Shown: piece by piece, positions 36,003-45,960 of the stretch
How positions within the stretch are numbered: the stretch's first letter is position 1
Layout: each line of letters opens with the position of its first letter
Assembly: GCA_963827275.1 (NCBI GenBank)
Contig: CAWHAA010000006.1
Location: forward strand, 96,001-160,000
Reading direction: 5' to 3'
DNA: 64,000 nucleotides
From: an uncultured Spirochaetota bacterium
GTDB lineage: Bacteria > Spirochaetota > UBA4802 > UBA5550
Translations under genes and position numbers: made by a program
Notes under the pieces: generated by a model
What the model was told of the DNA's origin: nothing
Database searches by the model: none
What the model saw: the letters and a program-made list of their open reading frames with translations, nothing else

Positions 36003-37772
36003 ATGTATATTCCGCCTGAAACGTTAGACCTGATCAGGGGCAAGGTTGTCATTGAGGATGTTATCAAGCGATATGTTCCCTCATTGAAAAAAAGGGGGAA
36101 AAATTACACCGGACTGTGCCCCTTTCACAAGGAAAAGACGCCTTCATTTTCGGTCTCACCTGACAAGCAGATATTCTATTGTTTCGGCTGCCACACCGGC
36201 GGCAACATTTTCAATTTTATATCCAGGATTGAGCGCCTCGAGTTCCCGGAGAGCGTCAGGTTCGTGGCTGACATGGTCGGGGTCGAGATCGCGCCGGAAA
36301 ACCGGGCGGAATCGGACGCCCTGGAAGCGCTCCACCGCCTGAACCGAGGCGCGATGGAGCTGTACCATGCGCATATAAAGAGCCCCGCTGGCAGGAAGGG
36401 GCTTGCATACATTACGGGACGGGGAGTTACCATAGAGAGCATAAATGACTTCAAGATAGGATATGCTCCCGATTCCTGGGATTTCCTTGTCCGCGGCCTG
36501 GTCAAATCGGCACGGGACCGGGAGCAGGCGGAACGCATGGGGCTTATCAAGCTGAGCCAGAAACGCGCGAACAGCTATTACGACGTCTTCCGGGACAGGG
36601 TCATGTTTCCCATCATGGACCTGGGCGGCAACGTAGTCGGTTTCGGCGGCAGGACCATAGGCGATGACCCCCGCAAGTATCTCAATTCGTCGGAATCGGA
36701 GGTCTTTAAAAAGCGGAACATCCTGTACGGCCTCAACCGCGCGAGGGACTCGATACGGGAGCTCGACCGCGCCATTGTGGTGGAAGGCTACCTTGACGTC
36801 ATCGGGTGCCATCAGGCGGGGATCACGAATGTCATCGCGCCGCTGGGCACCGCCATGACAACCGACCAGATTAAAATGCTCGGCCATTTCTGCACCGAGA
36901 TCATATTCCTGTTCGACGCCGATTCAGCCGGCCTGAAGGCCGCCGTTCGGTCGCTGGACCTGTCCGAGGAGACGAACCTGAATATCAGGATCGGCATGCT
37001 GCCGAAGGGGGACCCGTTCGATTTTATACTGGCGAAGGGGCCCCGGGAGTTCATGGCGGTCGTGGATACCTCGATGCGGCCGACCGATTTCAGGATCGCG
37101 CGGATCATGGACAATATAGGCACGCTCGGCCGGGCCGGCGCTCTGATGCAGATATTCGGGGTGATTCGGGACATGCGTCTTGAAACCGAGCGGAGTGAGT
37201 ATCTCAAGAAGACAAGCGCGTTGCTCAATGTCGATGAAAATTCAGTGCGGGCTGACTTCAGGAGCTACCTGAAGAACCAGCAGCCGGCGATGGTAAAAAA
37301 TGAACAGTCTAAGATAAACGACCAGGTAGATGTCATGGCGAGGGGCTTCAGGGACCTGGTCCGGTTGATATGTAATTATCCGGAGCTGCTAAAAAAAGCG
37401 GTCATCGATTTCCCGGCAAGCGAGATACCGGACCAGCTCGCGAGAAATATATTGCAAAAAATGTACGAATTGCACCAGGAAAACAGTGAATTTTTAATAG
37501 ATAAAATATTTGACTTTTTCAATCATGGCCCGGAAATGGATTTTTTGAATCAGGCCATAAACGGCGAGTTTACGGTGGAGAATCCGGGATCGGCCTACAC
37601 TGAAATTTATCTTAAGATGAAAGTGTACGCGATTGACGATAAAATTAATAAATATGACGCATTATTGAAATCAACACCCGGCGTTAATTCCAACATCTAT
37701 TTGACCGAGATCGAGGTCTTGAGAAGAGAAAAGGAGAAGCTGTTGCATTTTGTGTACAACAAGGTGTCCTGA
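36003..37772 (+). CDS. dnaG: DNA primase
   Basis: CPFH.EKTPSF...CFGC zinc finger, FRDRVMFPI, KYLNS, VEGYLDV, FDADSAG TOPRIM. Confidence 0.97.
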   Translation: MYIPPETLDLIRGKVVIEDVIKRYVPSLKKRGKNYTGLCPFHKEKTPSFSVSPDKQIFYCFGCHTGGNIFNFISRIERLEFPESVRFVADMVGVEIAPENRAESDALEALHRLNRGAMELYHAHIKSPAGRKGLAYITGRGVTIESINDFKIGYAPDSWDFLVRGLVKSARDREQAERMGLIKLSQKRANSYYDVFRDRVMFPIMDLGGNVVGFGGRTIGDDPRKYLNSSESEVFKKRNILYGLNRARDSIRELDRAIVVEGYLDVIGCHQAGITNVIAPLGTAMTTDQIKMLGHFCTEIIFLFDADSAGLKAAVRSLDLSEETNLNIRIGMLPKGDPFDFILAKGPREFMAVVDTSMRPTDFRIARIMDNIGTLGRAGALMQIFGVIRDMRLETERSEYLKKTSALLNVDENSVRADFRSYLKNQQPAMVKNEQSKINDQVDVMARGFRDLVRLICNYPELLKKAVIDFPASEIPDQLARNILQKMYELHQENSEFLIDKIFDFFNHGPEMDFLNQAINGEFTVENPGSAYTEIYLKMKVYAIDDKINKYDALLKSTPGVNSNIYLTEIEVLRREKEKLLHFVYNKVS

Positions 37773-37856
37773 CCACGGTCCGGGCGTGCAACGGCGGGAA
37801 TTCCCGGGAAGCGAATATCTATACATTACAAACATTATAAAGGATAGGTCCGCAGC

Positions 37857-39626
37857 ATGAGCAAGAAAGAGATGACACTGGATGCCGTCCCCGAAGTGAA
37901 GAAACTGATCGAGATCGGGAAGCTGAACGGCGAGGTGACGTATGACGAGATCAACGACATTCTTCCGGACAAGCTGCTAAACTCCGAAAAGATCGACGAC
38001 GTGTTTATCCTTCTGAACCAGATGGGCATCGAGGTCGTGGAGGAATCCACCAGGAAGGACCAGTCGCTGCCCGGCGTCAGAAAGAAGAGCGGGACTGCCG
38101 CGAAGAAAAGCCTTTCCACGCAGACAGAAACATCCCATGTCGACGACCCCATCCGCCTCTACCTGAAGGAGATCGGCAAGGTGTCGCTTCTCTCGGGAGA
38201 CCAGGAGGTCGATCTCGCCAAGCGTATTGAGGACGGTGAGATCTTAATAGAGGAAACGGTCTACAACTCAACACTTCTTGTCAATGACCTCATCAAAAAC
38301 TACTCGAAGATAAAGAGCGGCAAGATAAAGCTGACCGACGTGCTCAAGGTGAACAGGCTCTATTATTTTTCATCGGTCGACCTTGACAAGCTCGAGAAAA
38401 AGTTCCACGAGACCATGAAGGTCATCATAGAAGATGACAACAAGATGATCCAGTTCGGGAACAAGCTCAAGAAGGTGGACCCGGAATCCAAGAAGGCGGA
38501 GGAATTCAAGGAGAAGATCGACGCGTCCAGGACGAACATCCGCAAGACGATACGGAACCTGGACATCAACGACAACGAGATCAACAAGCTCTCCGCGAAG
38601 ATCAAGTCCATGGTGGCGCGCATACAGGAGACCTACGAGTTCTTCGAGGAAATCGAGAAGGACTTCCACCGCGACCTTAAAGAGCTGAAACACCTTGCGC
38701 GCAAGCTTGAAAAGGGCGAAAGCATCACGAAGATATGCAAGGAACTGGGCATCAAGAACAAGGACGGCCTTCTTGAGGTCATTAAGAACGTTCGCAACAA
38801 CGAGCGGAAGATACGGCGGATAGAGCAGGAGGCGGGGGCGACCGCCGACGATATAATGGACTGGGGCAAGCAGATAAACACCGGCCAGAAGAAGATTTCG
38901 ATGGCCAAGAAAGAGCTTATCAACGCGAACCTACGCCTTGTCGTGTCCATCGCCAAGAAGTACGCGAACCGCGGTATGCACTTCTTCGACCTGATACAGG
39001 AAGGCAACATCGGCCTCATCAAGGCGGTCGACAAGTTCGAATACAAGAAGGGGTATAAATTCTCGACCTACGCGACCTGGTGGATACGCCAGGCCATCAC
39101 ACGCGCCATCTCCGACCAGGCGCGGACCATACGGGTCCCGGTGCACATGATCGAGCAGATCAACAAGGTGATGCGAGAGACGCGCCTCTTCCAGCAGGAG
39201 TTCGGCCGCGAGCCGTCGCCCGAGGAGCTCTCCGACCGGCTCGGGTGGGTCGTCGGCAAGGTCAAGGCGGTCAAAAACGTGGCGCGGGAGCCGATCTCCC
39301 TTGAAACGCCGGTCGGCGAGGAGGAGGATTCGCTCCTCGGCGACTTCATCGAGGACAAGGAGGTTGATTCACCGGCCAACACCGCCGCCTACCGCCTTCT
39401 CTCAGAGCAGATCAACGCTGTCCTGTCGACCCTTCCCGCGCGGGAGCAAAAGGTCATCAGGATGCGCTTCGGCCTTGACGACGGGTACTCGCACACCCTC
39501 GAGGAGGTGGGCTACGTGTTCAAGGTCACCAGGGAGCGCATCCGGCAGATCGAGGCAAAGGCCCTGCGGCGCCTGCGCCATCCGACCCGCGCGCGCAAAT
39601 TAAAGGACTACCTCGACCACGTATAG
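37857..39626 (+). CDS. rpoD: RNA polymerase primary sigma factor
   Basis: Region 1.1, [11 protein letters not shown], a long non-conserved region, [46 protein letters not shown]. Confidence 0.98.
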   Translation: MSKKEMTLDAVPEVKKLIEIGKLNGEVTYDEINDILPDKLLNSEKIDDVFILLNQMGIEVVEESTRKDQSLPGVRKKSGTAAKKSLSTQTETSHVDDPIRLYLKEIGKVSLLSGDQEVDLAKRIEDGEILIEETVYNSTLLVNDLIKNYSKIKSGKIKLTDVLKVNRLYYFSSVDLDKLEKKFHETMKVIIEDDNKMIQFGNKLKKVDPESKKAEEFKEKIDASRTNIRKTIRNLDINDNEINKLSAKIKSMVARIQETYEFFEEIEKDFHRDLKELKHLARKLEKGESITKICKELGIKNKDGLLEVIKNVRNNERKIRRIEQEAGATADDIMDWGKQINTGQKKISMAKKELINANLRLVVSIAKKYANRGMHFFDLIQEGNIGLIKAVDKFEYKKGYKFSTYATWWIRQAITRAISDQARTIRVPVHMIEQINKVMRETRLFQQEFGREPSPEELSDRLGWVVGKVKAVKNVAREPISLETPVGEEEDSLLGDFIEDKEVDSPANTAAYRLLSEQINAVLSTLPAREQKVIRMRFGLDDGYSHTLEEVGYVFKVTRERIRQIEAKALRRLRHPTRARKLKDYLDHV

Positions 39627-39684
39627 GCCGGCACGGTACCGGGACGGCTGCACGTGACGGCACACTCCATAGCACGGTGACGAA

Positions 39685-41988
39685 ATGCGCCAGATAAAGA
39701 GAGTTTCGATTATCGGTGCGGGTTCGTGGGGCACCGCTGTTGCCAAATCGATCGCGGAATCAAAGCCGCACCTTGCCGTTGTCATGTGGGCCTATGAGCG
39801 CCCCGTGGCCGCTTCAATCAATTCATCTCATGAGAACGCCGAGTTCCTTCCCGGGACGCAGCTTCCCGCGTCAATAACCGCAACGAACGACCTCGAGGAG
39901 GCGGTCAAAGGAACGGATGTCGTCATCCTTGCTACGCCCTCGAAGGCGGCGTACGATGTATGCCGTAAAATGGCGAAGCACGTAACGGGCGAGATGTACG
40001 TCGGCTTCCTGACCAAGGGCTTCTGCAAGATAGACGGGCAGGTGCTGACAATATCACAGGCGATGGAGAGGGCCATGCCCCGGACCGCGGGGAGGATCGT
40101 CGCCATCTCGGGACCGAGCCACGCCGAAGAGGTGTGCCGGCGGTTCCATACCTGCCTGAACGCCGGGAGCGAATCGGAGGAGGCCAGGACCGTCATCGCG
40201 GGGCTCCTTACATCGGAATGGGTCCAGTGCCGGACCACCGCGGACATACGCGCCGTGGAGGTGGGCGGGACGCTGAAAAACCCCGCGGCCATCGCGGCCG
40301 GCATGATCAGCGCACTGCCGCGGTGCGGCGACAACCTGGCGGGCGCCCTCATCTCGGAGGCGCTCAAGGAGATGGTGCGGCTCGGCAGGGTGTTCGGCAT
40401 CAGCGAGGACGGCATGATCGACATCTCGGGTCTCGGCGACCTTGTCGCAACGGCCCTGAGCCAGCACAGCAGGAACCGCAGGTTCGGCAGGGACATCGCC
40501 GGCCAGATCATGACAAAGGGGAACGCACTCAATCTCTGGGACCGGATTGTGCTGCGGGTCAGGCCGTACAGCGTGATCGAGCGGATGGGCGGGAAATTCC
40601 ACTACCTCGCCGAAGGCGCCTATGCGATCGAGCCGCTGATCGAGCTGGCTGAAAAAGAAAAAATATCAATACCGGTCTACCGCGCACTCTACGAGGTGCT
40701 GTTGAACAAGAAGGACCCATCGCTCCTCATCGAGACCATAAAGAACCCGGAGCGGTTCAACGAGCTGTTTTTCAGCACGAAGATACAGATTGCCGGCAGG
40801 AAGAGGGGCCTTGAGACGATCAAGGGCAAAGCGTTCAGGGAGCACATCATCGCCATGACGATGGAGCGCTTCGTCGCGAAAAAGAATGACGGATTGCTGC
40901 CATACGGCACGGGCGACGTGATACACGCCCTCGCTGATTCCCTCCGGAAGCAGGGGATCACCGGCGCGGAGGCGGCGATTATCCGCGGCATGAACAGCGA
41001 TAACTACGGTGATTCAATCAGCCGGCTTGCGGGCATGTATATCGATGATATCGCCGACAGCTACAGCACCTGGTTCAAGTGGCTCTGCCTCATCGGGTTT
41101 GCGTTTTCCCGCATCGGCTCACTGTTCATGAAAAGAACGAACGGGCTCGTCGTTTCGGGTCCGCTGGATGAAATACGCAGGGTCGGCAGACAGGTTACCA
41201 TCCTGTACGCTGCGCCGTTCCAGGACCGGCGCGATGCTATGTTCGCCGCTATGTCAATCGCGCGCTCGCGGCTGCCGTTTCCGCGCTTTCAGGTTGACGC
41301 AGGGCTCGGGGCGCGTGAACGGTTGCTGCTGAAGAGGTGCGGGGGGTTCACCATCGACAGGAATAAGCTCGACAACATGGTATACCGTGAAACGCTGGTG
41401 CAGTACCTTTCCACCATGGCGGGACACGGTGTCCCGGTGCTTTCCATGCTCCCCATCGGGACGGAAGCCACGGCGCAGGGCGAACGCAATGTCCTTGTCT
41501 CTGCCATAACCGAATGCATGTACCGGCATGCTGCCGAACTGGCCCTGGTCCCGTTCGGCGTATCCTATCTCGGCAGGCCGGGAGACGGTGGCGCCGCTCC
41601 CTCGTTCAGGGACCTCCTGTCCGCTACCGCATGGGTCAATTTCTCAAAACCGATCCGGCTTTCCGAATACACGAAACAACCGCATATGATGGTAGGTCTT
41701 CCCGGGATCGTCGCCGGCATCTGGGAGAAGGAGAGAAAAATCCTGCCGCATTACCTCCTCTGCAAGGCGCTCGCGGAACATGGATTTTCCGTAAAACAGG
41801 CGGATGCTATCGTGTTCGTGAAGAAGTACATGCGGCGTGCCGGCAGGCGATTCGATCACAACCCGACACGGACCGTCCGCAAGGGATTGGCATATCTCGA
41901 GGAGAGCGGGGTTGCCACGTCCGATGGTGTAACTATAGAGGCGGCAGACAGGGAGATGGTCAGCTACTACGCCGGCCTTGTCCCATGA
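39685..41988 (+). CDS. gpsA: NAD(P)H-dependent glycerol-3-phosphate dehydrogenase fused to a degenerate acyltransferase-like domain
   Basis: GAGSWGT, LTKG, SGPSHAEEV, LKN, GLGDL, SRNRRFG, EG; about 400 extra C-terminal residues with PlsB/PlsC-like segments (GGFTIDR, LVPFGVSY, VNFSKPI). Confidence 0.88.
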   Translation: MRQIKRVSIIGAGSWGTAVAKSIAESKPHLAVVMWAYERPVAASINSSHENAEFLPGTQLPASITATNDLEEAVKGTDVVILATPSKAAYDVCRKMAKHVTGEMYVGFLTKGFCKIDGQVLTISQAMERAMPRTAGRIVAISGPSHAEEVCRRFHTCLNAGSESEEARTVIAGLLTSEWVQCRTTADIRAVEVGGTLKNPAAIAAGMISALPRCGDNLAGALISEALKEMVRLGRVFGISEDGMIDISGLGDLVATALSQHSRNRRFGRDIAGQIMTKGNALNLWDRIVLRVRPYSVIERMGGKFHYLAEGAYAIEPLIELAEKEKISIPVYRALYEVLLNKKDPSLLIETIKNPERFNELFFSTKIQIAGRKRGLETIKGKAFREHIIAMTMERFVAKKNDGLLPYGTGDVIHALADSLRKQGITGAEAAIIRGMNSDNYGDSISRLAGMYIDDIADSYSTWFKWLCLIGFAFSRIGSLFMKRTNGLVVSGPLDEIRRVGRQVTILYAAPFQDRRDAMFAAMSIARSRLPFPRFQVDAGLGARERLLLKRCGGFTIDRNKLDNMVYRETLVQYLSTMAGHGVPVLSMLPIGTEATAQGERNVLVSAITECMYRHAAELALVPFGVSYLGRPGDGGAAPSFRDLLSATAWVNFSKPIRLSEYTKQPHMMVGLPGIVAGIWEKERKILPHYLLCKALAEHGFSVKQADAIVFVKKYMRRAGRRFDHNPTRTVRKGLAYLEESGVATSDGVTIEAADREMVSYYAGLVP

Positions 41989-41994
41989 CGCCTG

Positions 41995-43404
41995 CTAAAC
42001 GCGGAACAGGTGCTCAAAGGTCCCGTACAGCACCTGTACAAGCTGTGACCGTCCGTCAAGGGAGCCGGACATCCCGTACAGTGCGCCGCTCCGCGCGCTG
42101 GTGCCTTCCTTCGATTTCGCGTATTTGACCCCCTCTCTCAGGTCGCCCACGAGCTCATCGGCAATGCCCGGAACCATTGTCTGCGGCATGGTGACGCAAA
42201 AATGCACCGCTGGCGGGTTCTGCAGACCGTTGAACCTCCATCCGCGCGATATCATGTAGTCATTGACGTGAAAGATGTCAACGTCCCCGGACCTGAAGCT
42301 GATAAGGAATGTCGGGTCTCCGATGACCTGCAGCTCCGGTATCCCTTTCACCCCCTCCTTGATCCGTTCGGCGACCTTCATTATCGCGGACGCGGCCTGC
42401 AGGTAGCCCTCCTCGCCGAGGTACACCATTGTCGCCCAGGTGGACGCGGTCAGCCCCCCGGAGCGGCTTCCGGTCATTGAGGGCGACGCGTATATGCCAC
42501 CGGGCCAGTGGGCCATCTGGAAAAACTGGTACCGCCGGAGCTTCAGGTTGCGGTACAGGACCACGGAATTTCCCTTGAGGCCGAAGCCGAACTTGTGAGT
42601 GTCGGCAGACATGGACGTGAGGCCCGGCAGGCGGAAATCGAATACCGGCACCCGGTAACCGAGACGCTCGATCCATGGAAGGATGAATCCGCCGAGGCAC
42701 CCGTCGATATGGAACCCGATGTCGTGCTCCAGCGCGATGCCGGAGAGCTCCTCCATCGGGTCAATAAGCCCGTAGGGGTAGTTGCCGGCGCTCCCGACGA
42801 TCGCCACTGTATTGGCGTTGATGAGTTTCTTCACTTCGGCGGGGATCACGCGGAAATCAGCATCATTCACGGGCGCCAGGACCATCTTGATCCCGAAATA
42901 CTCACCCGCCTTGTGAAACGCGGGATGCGCCGTTATCGGGAGGATTACTTCCGGGGCGGCGATATTTTTTTCAATGCGGCCCCTGTCGCGGTACACCTTC
43001 ATGGGCAGCATGATGCTTTCGCTGCCGCCGAAGGTGACGGTGCCGCAGATTTCGTCTGCCGGATTGACGGCGCGCACCGCGTCCCCGTTAAGCATCCGGG
43101 CGGTCATGGACACTATCTCGCTTTCGAACTTGGACATGCTGGGGCAGAGGTCCACCTGGAGAACGTTGACGTGGGAAAAGAATGAAAAGGCCCTGTTCAG
43201 AAACTCTCGGTGCTCATCGCCGGCATGGTAGAATGTTCCCGAGACCCTGCCGTCTTTCCATTTCGCATTTTCTTCAGCGGACATGGTTGACAGCTCTTGT
43301 AAAATGTCATCCCGTTCCCGCCCTTTTTCCGGAATACGTTCGTAACTCCTGAACCGTCCACGGTAGGGCTTGAACGGGTCAGCAAAGGGTTTCTGTTCTT
43401 GCAT
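41995..43404 (-). CDS. sphingosine-1-phosphate-lyase-like PLP-dependent enzyme (group II decarboxylase family)
   Basis: GRVSGTFYH, GGSESI, AHPAFHKA, GNYPYGLIDP, HIDGCLGGF, SADTHKFG (PLP Lys), YASPSMTGSRSG. Confidence 0.82.
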   Translation of the reverse strand: MQEQKPFADPFKPYRGRFRSYERIPEKGRERDDILQELSTMSAEENAKWKDGRVSGTFYHAGDEHREFLNRAFSFFSHVNVLQVDLCPSMSKFESEIVSMTARMLNGDAVRAVNPADEICGTVTFGGSESIMLPMKVYRDRGRIEKNIAAPEVILPITAHPAFHKAGEYFGIKMVLAPVNDADFRVIPAEVKKLINANTVAIVGSAGNYPYGLIDPMEELSGIALEHDIGFHIDGCLGGFILPWIERLGYRVPVFDFRLPGLTSMSADTHKFGFGLKGNSVVLYRNLKLRRYQFFQMAHWPGGIYASPSMTGSRSGGLTASTWATMVYLGEEGYLQAASAIMKVAERIKEGVKGIPELQVIGDPTFLISFRSGDVDIFHVNDYMISRGWRFNGLQNPPAVHFCVTMPQTMVPGIADELVGDLREGVKYAKSKEGTSARSGALYGMSGSLDGRSQLVQVLYGTFEHLFRV

Positions 43405-43437
43405 GGCGCTCTCCTTTCGGTAATGGCTCCGTTGACG

Positions 43438-45048
43438 CTATCGCGCGTTCAACGCGTTGAATATCGGTTTGTTTCGCCTGAATAATTCCCTGTACTGCCG
43501 GTACATCCTGTCATAGACGGCCCGGCTGGCGGGGTCGGGACGGAAGACCTTTTTGATCGTGATAAGCGAGGAGATCTCCCTGACGGAACGGTGCCCGAGC
43601 CGGTTAAAGGCGAGCATGGCGGCGCCGCGGAGGGTGGTGCGGGCAGGGTCCTCGACCTGGTGGATCGGGACGCCGAGGACGTCCGCATGGATCTGCGCCC
43701 ATATATCGGAGAGGGCGCCCCCGCCGGCGAACCGGAACCGGTGAAAGGCGCGGCCGGTAAATTTTTCAGCGACCTCGCGCGTCCACCGGTTGTTGTACGC
43801 GAGGCTCTCAAGCACGGCACGCGTCATGTGCGCGCGGGTCGATCCCAGGGAAAGGTTGAAGAAACCTCCCCGCACGTCCCCGTTCTCCTCGGGGGTTATG
43901 GTGCCGTTCAGCCATGGCATGAAAATGACGCCTCCGCTGCCCGGCGGCACGCTCGCGGCGAGGCGGTTTACCCTGTGGTAAACGTCCTCGGGCGGCGCCG
44001 CGGTCCCGAACTCGTCGCGGGCATACACGATCGCATTGAGGAAATATTCGAGCGCCTTGCCGCCGGTCCCCTGCTCCCCGAAGAGGAGGTAGCGATTCAT
44101 CAGCGGGCTCGGCATCGTGGTCATGGCGTGAAAGATGTCGGTTTTTTTATAAGGAACATGGCAGGTCAGGACGAGCGACGTCCCGATATAGATTACTCCA
44201 TCATAATCGTCGACCGCTCCGGAGCCGATGGCCGACGCGTTCGTGTCGTTTGTTCCGGCAATGACGCGCGCGGACGGGGGGAGGCCGAGCTCCTGCGCGA
44301 CAGCGGGAAGGACCGTGCCGATGAATTCTTTGTTGGGCACAAGGTCGGGAAGCTTGTCCCGCGGCAGCCCGGCAAGGGAGAGCAGGGACCTGCTGTATTC
44401 GGTGGTGCCCCAGGTGCGGTTGTCCACGACCGCGAAGGGGAACATGGTCTCCTGTGAAGCGGTGCATTTCCCGGAAAGCCGCAGGTTAATGTAATCCATA
44501 GGCTCGAGAAATTTCCATGTTTTATTGAAAATGTCCGGCCGTTCGTTTTTTAAAAAATGTATGTGCCCGATTGAATCGATCCCTGACTTGCTCGGCGCGA
44601 TACCCGTCAGCCGTATCCACCTGGCCAGCTTTGTGCAGCCATACCCCTCGATGTTTATGATGCCGCGGATGATGCGCCTGTTGTAGGGGGCCCCGCGGGA
44701 ATCGAGCCAGTGGATGGCGTTCATCAGCGGCTCGCCGGCGGTATCGACCGGGACGACGACAAAGAACTGGGAGTCGCAGCTGACGGCATCGATCATGGAG
44801 CGGGGGACGCCTGAAGAGGCGATCGCCTTTTTCGCCGCGCTTTTAACGCCGGACCACCAGGCGGACGGGTCCTGTTCGGCCCCGCCGGAAGGCAGCAGCT
44901 CTACCGGGACTTTTACTGATGCGCTTGACATCACGCGGCCGGAGTCGGAAATGATCCCTGCCTTGGGGCCGCCGCTCCCGAGGTCGATTGCAAGCACGTA
45001 CCTGGTCCCGTTCTTTTCGGGGGATGACTTTTTCTTCCCGTCAGGCAT
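43438..45048 (-). CDS. FGGY-family carbohydrate kinase (xylulokinase-like)
   Basis: IDLGSGGPK, EQDP..WW, WLDSR, GTND, IGTS, FMPWLNG, AVLES, GGGA. Confidence 0.88.
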   Translation of the reverse strand: MPDGKKKSSPEKNGTRYVLAIDLGSGGPKAGIISDSGRVMSSASVKVPVELLPSGGAEQDPSAWWSGVKSAAKKAIASSGVPRSMIDAVSCDSQFFVVVPVDTAGEPLMNAIHWLDSRGAPYNRRIIRGIINIEGYGCTKLARWIRLTGIAPSKSGIDSIGHIHFLKNERPDIFNKTWKFLEPMDYINLRLSGKCTASQETMFPFAVVDNRTWGTTEYSRSLLSLAGLPRDKLPDLVPNKEFIGTVLPAVAQELGLPPSARVIAGTNDTNASAIGSGAVDDYDGVIYIGTSLVLTCHVPYKKTDIFHAMTTMPSPLMNRYLLFGEQGTGGKALEYFLNAIVYARDEFGTAAPPEDVYHRVNRLAASVPPGSGGVIFMPWLNGTITPEENGDVRGGFFNLSLGSTRAHMTRAVLESLAYNNRWTREVAEKFTGRAFHRFRFAGGGALSDIWAQIHADVLGVPIHQVEDPARTTLRGAAMLAFNRLGHRSVREISSLITIKKVFRPDPASRAVYDRMYRQYRELFRRNKPIFNALNAR

Positions 45049-45430
45049 CCTGAGTGCCTTCCCGCATCGTTTTTGAATATTCTTCGAGCTTCGCGATGAC
45101 AAAGTCCCTCACTGACGGGTCGATGTTTTCAGACCGCTCCCTGAATTTTCCGATTATCTCTTCAAAAGGGAATATGCCGTCATCGACAAGGAGGGGCGAT
45201 GCCGGGTGCTTGTAGTGTGACCGTGTATCGTCGATCGCATGGTGGCTGAACCCTGAGGCCCTGTGCCACATGAAGGCATGCTCGTCCGCCTTTTTGTCGT
45301 AACAGAGCTGGATGCCGGTTATCGACCTGTCGGCCGTATCGTACCATATGATGAGATCGAAGTAATCATCGTCGAACCATCTGCGAAAAATATCCGGCTC
45401 CTTCTGGCTGGCGAACGACTCTTTAAGCAT
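45041..45430 (-). CDS. hypothetical protein
   Basis: 129 aa ORF overlapping both neighbours by 8 bp; RRWF..DYFDLIIWYD...QLCYDK composition is gene-like. Confidence 0.75.
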   Translation of the reverse strand: MLKESFASQKEPDIFRRWFDDDYFDLIIWYDTADRSITGIQLCYDKKADEHAFMWHRASGFSHHAIDDTRSHYKHPASPLLVDDGIFPFEEIIGKFRERSENIDPSVRDFVIAKLEEYSKTMREGTQDA

Positions 45431-45932
45431 GACGGTCCTCCCCGAGGCATTCTTCTATCATGCGGCACGCCTCGTTGTGGTCGCGCGCGATATATACGGG
45501 CCCGCCATCGTTGTTTTTGCGGGACCAGTCGGCGAAATCACCGCTCCATCCCCCGGCGAAGGCGCAGCAGACCAGGGGCTTTCCGTAGGTGCGGCAATAG
45601 GCGATCTCTGAAAGGGTGCCGAAACTCCCGCCGATGGCGACGACGACGTCAGCGGCGAGGACGTTGACGGCATTGCGCGCATAGCCGAGGCCGGTAGGGA
45701 TCACGATGCCGCAATAGGGATTGGCGCCGCCGTGCTCATCGCCCGGCAATATCCCGACCACCGTCCCGCCGCGTTCGGCGGCGCCGCGGGACGCGGCCTC
45801 CATGATGCCGCCGCGGCCTCCGCTGATCAGGGCGTATCCCCTGCCGGCGATGAACGCGCCGATGGCCCGTGCCTCTTCATAGAACCGGGTCTCGTCGGAC
45901 GACCCGATGACGACAACCTGTTTTTTCCTCAT
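45423..45932 (-). CDS. TIGR00725-type LOG/SLOG-family nucleotide-binding protein
   Basis: SGGRGGIMEAASRGA, VGILPG, TGLGYARN, GGSFGTLSEI. Confidence 0.88.
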   Translation of the reverse strand: MRKKQVVVIGSSDETRFYEEARAIGAFIAGRGYALISGGRGGIMEAASRGAAERGGTVVGILPGDEHGGANPYCGIVIPTGLGYARNAVNVLAADVVVAIGGSFGTLSEIAYCRTYGKPLVCCAFAGGWSGDFADWSRKNNDGGPVYIARDHNEACRMIEECLGEDRHA

Positions 45933-45960
45933 GAGTACGACCCCTTGTGACCGGGACGGG

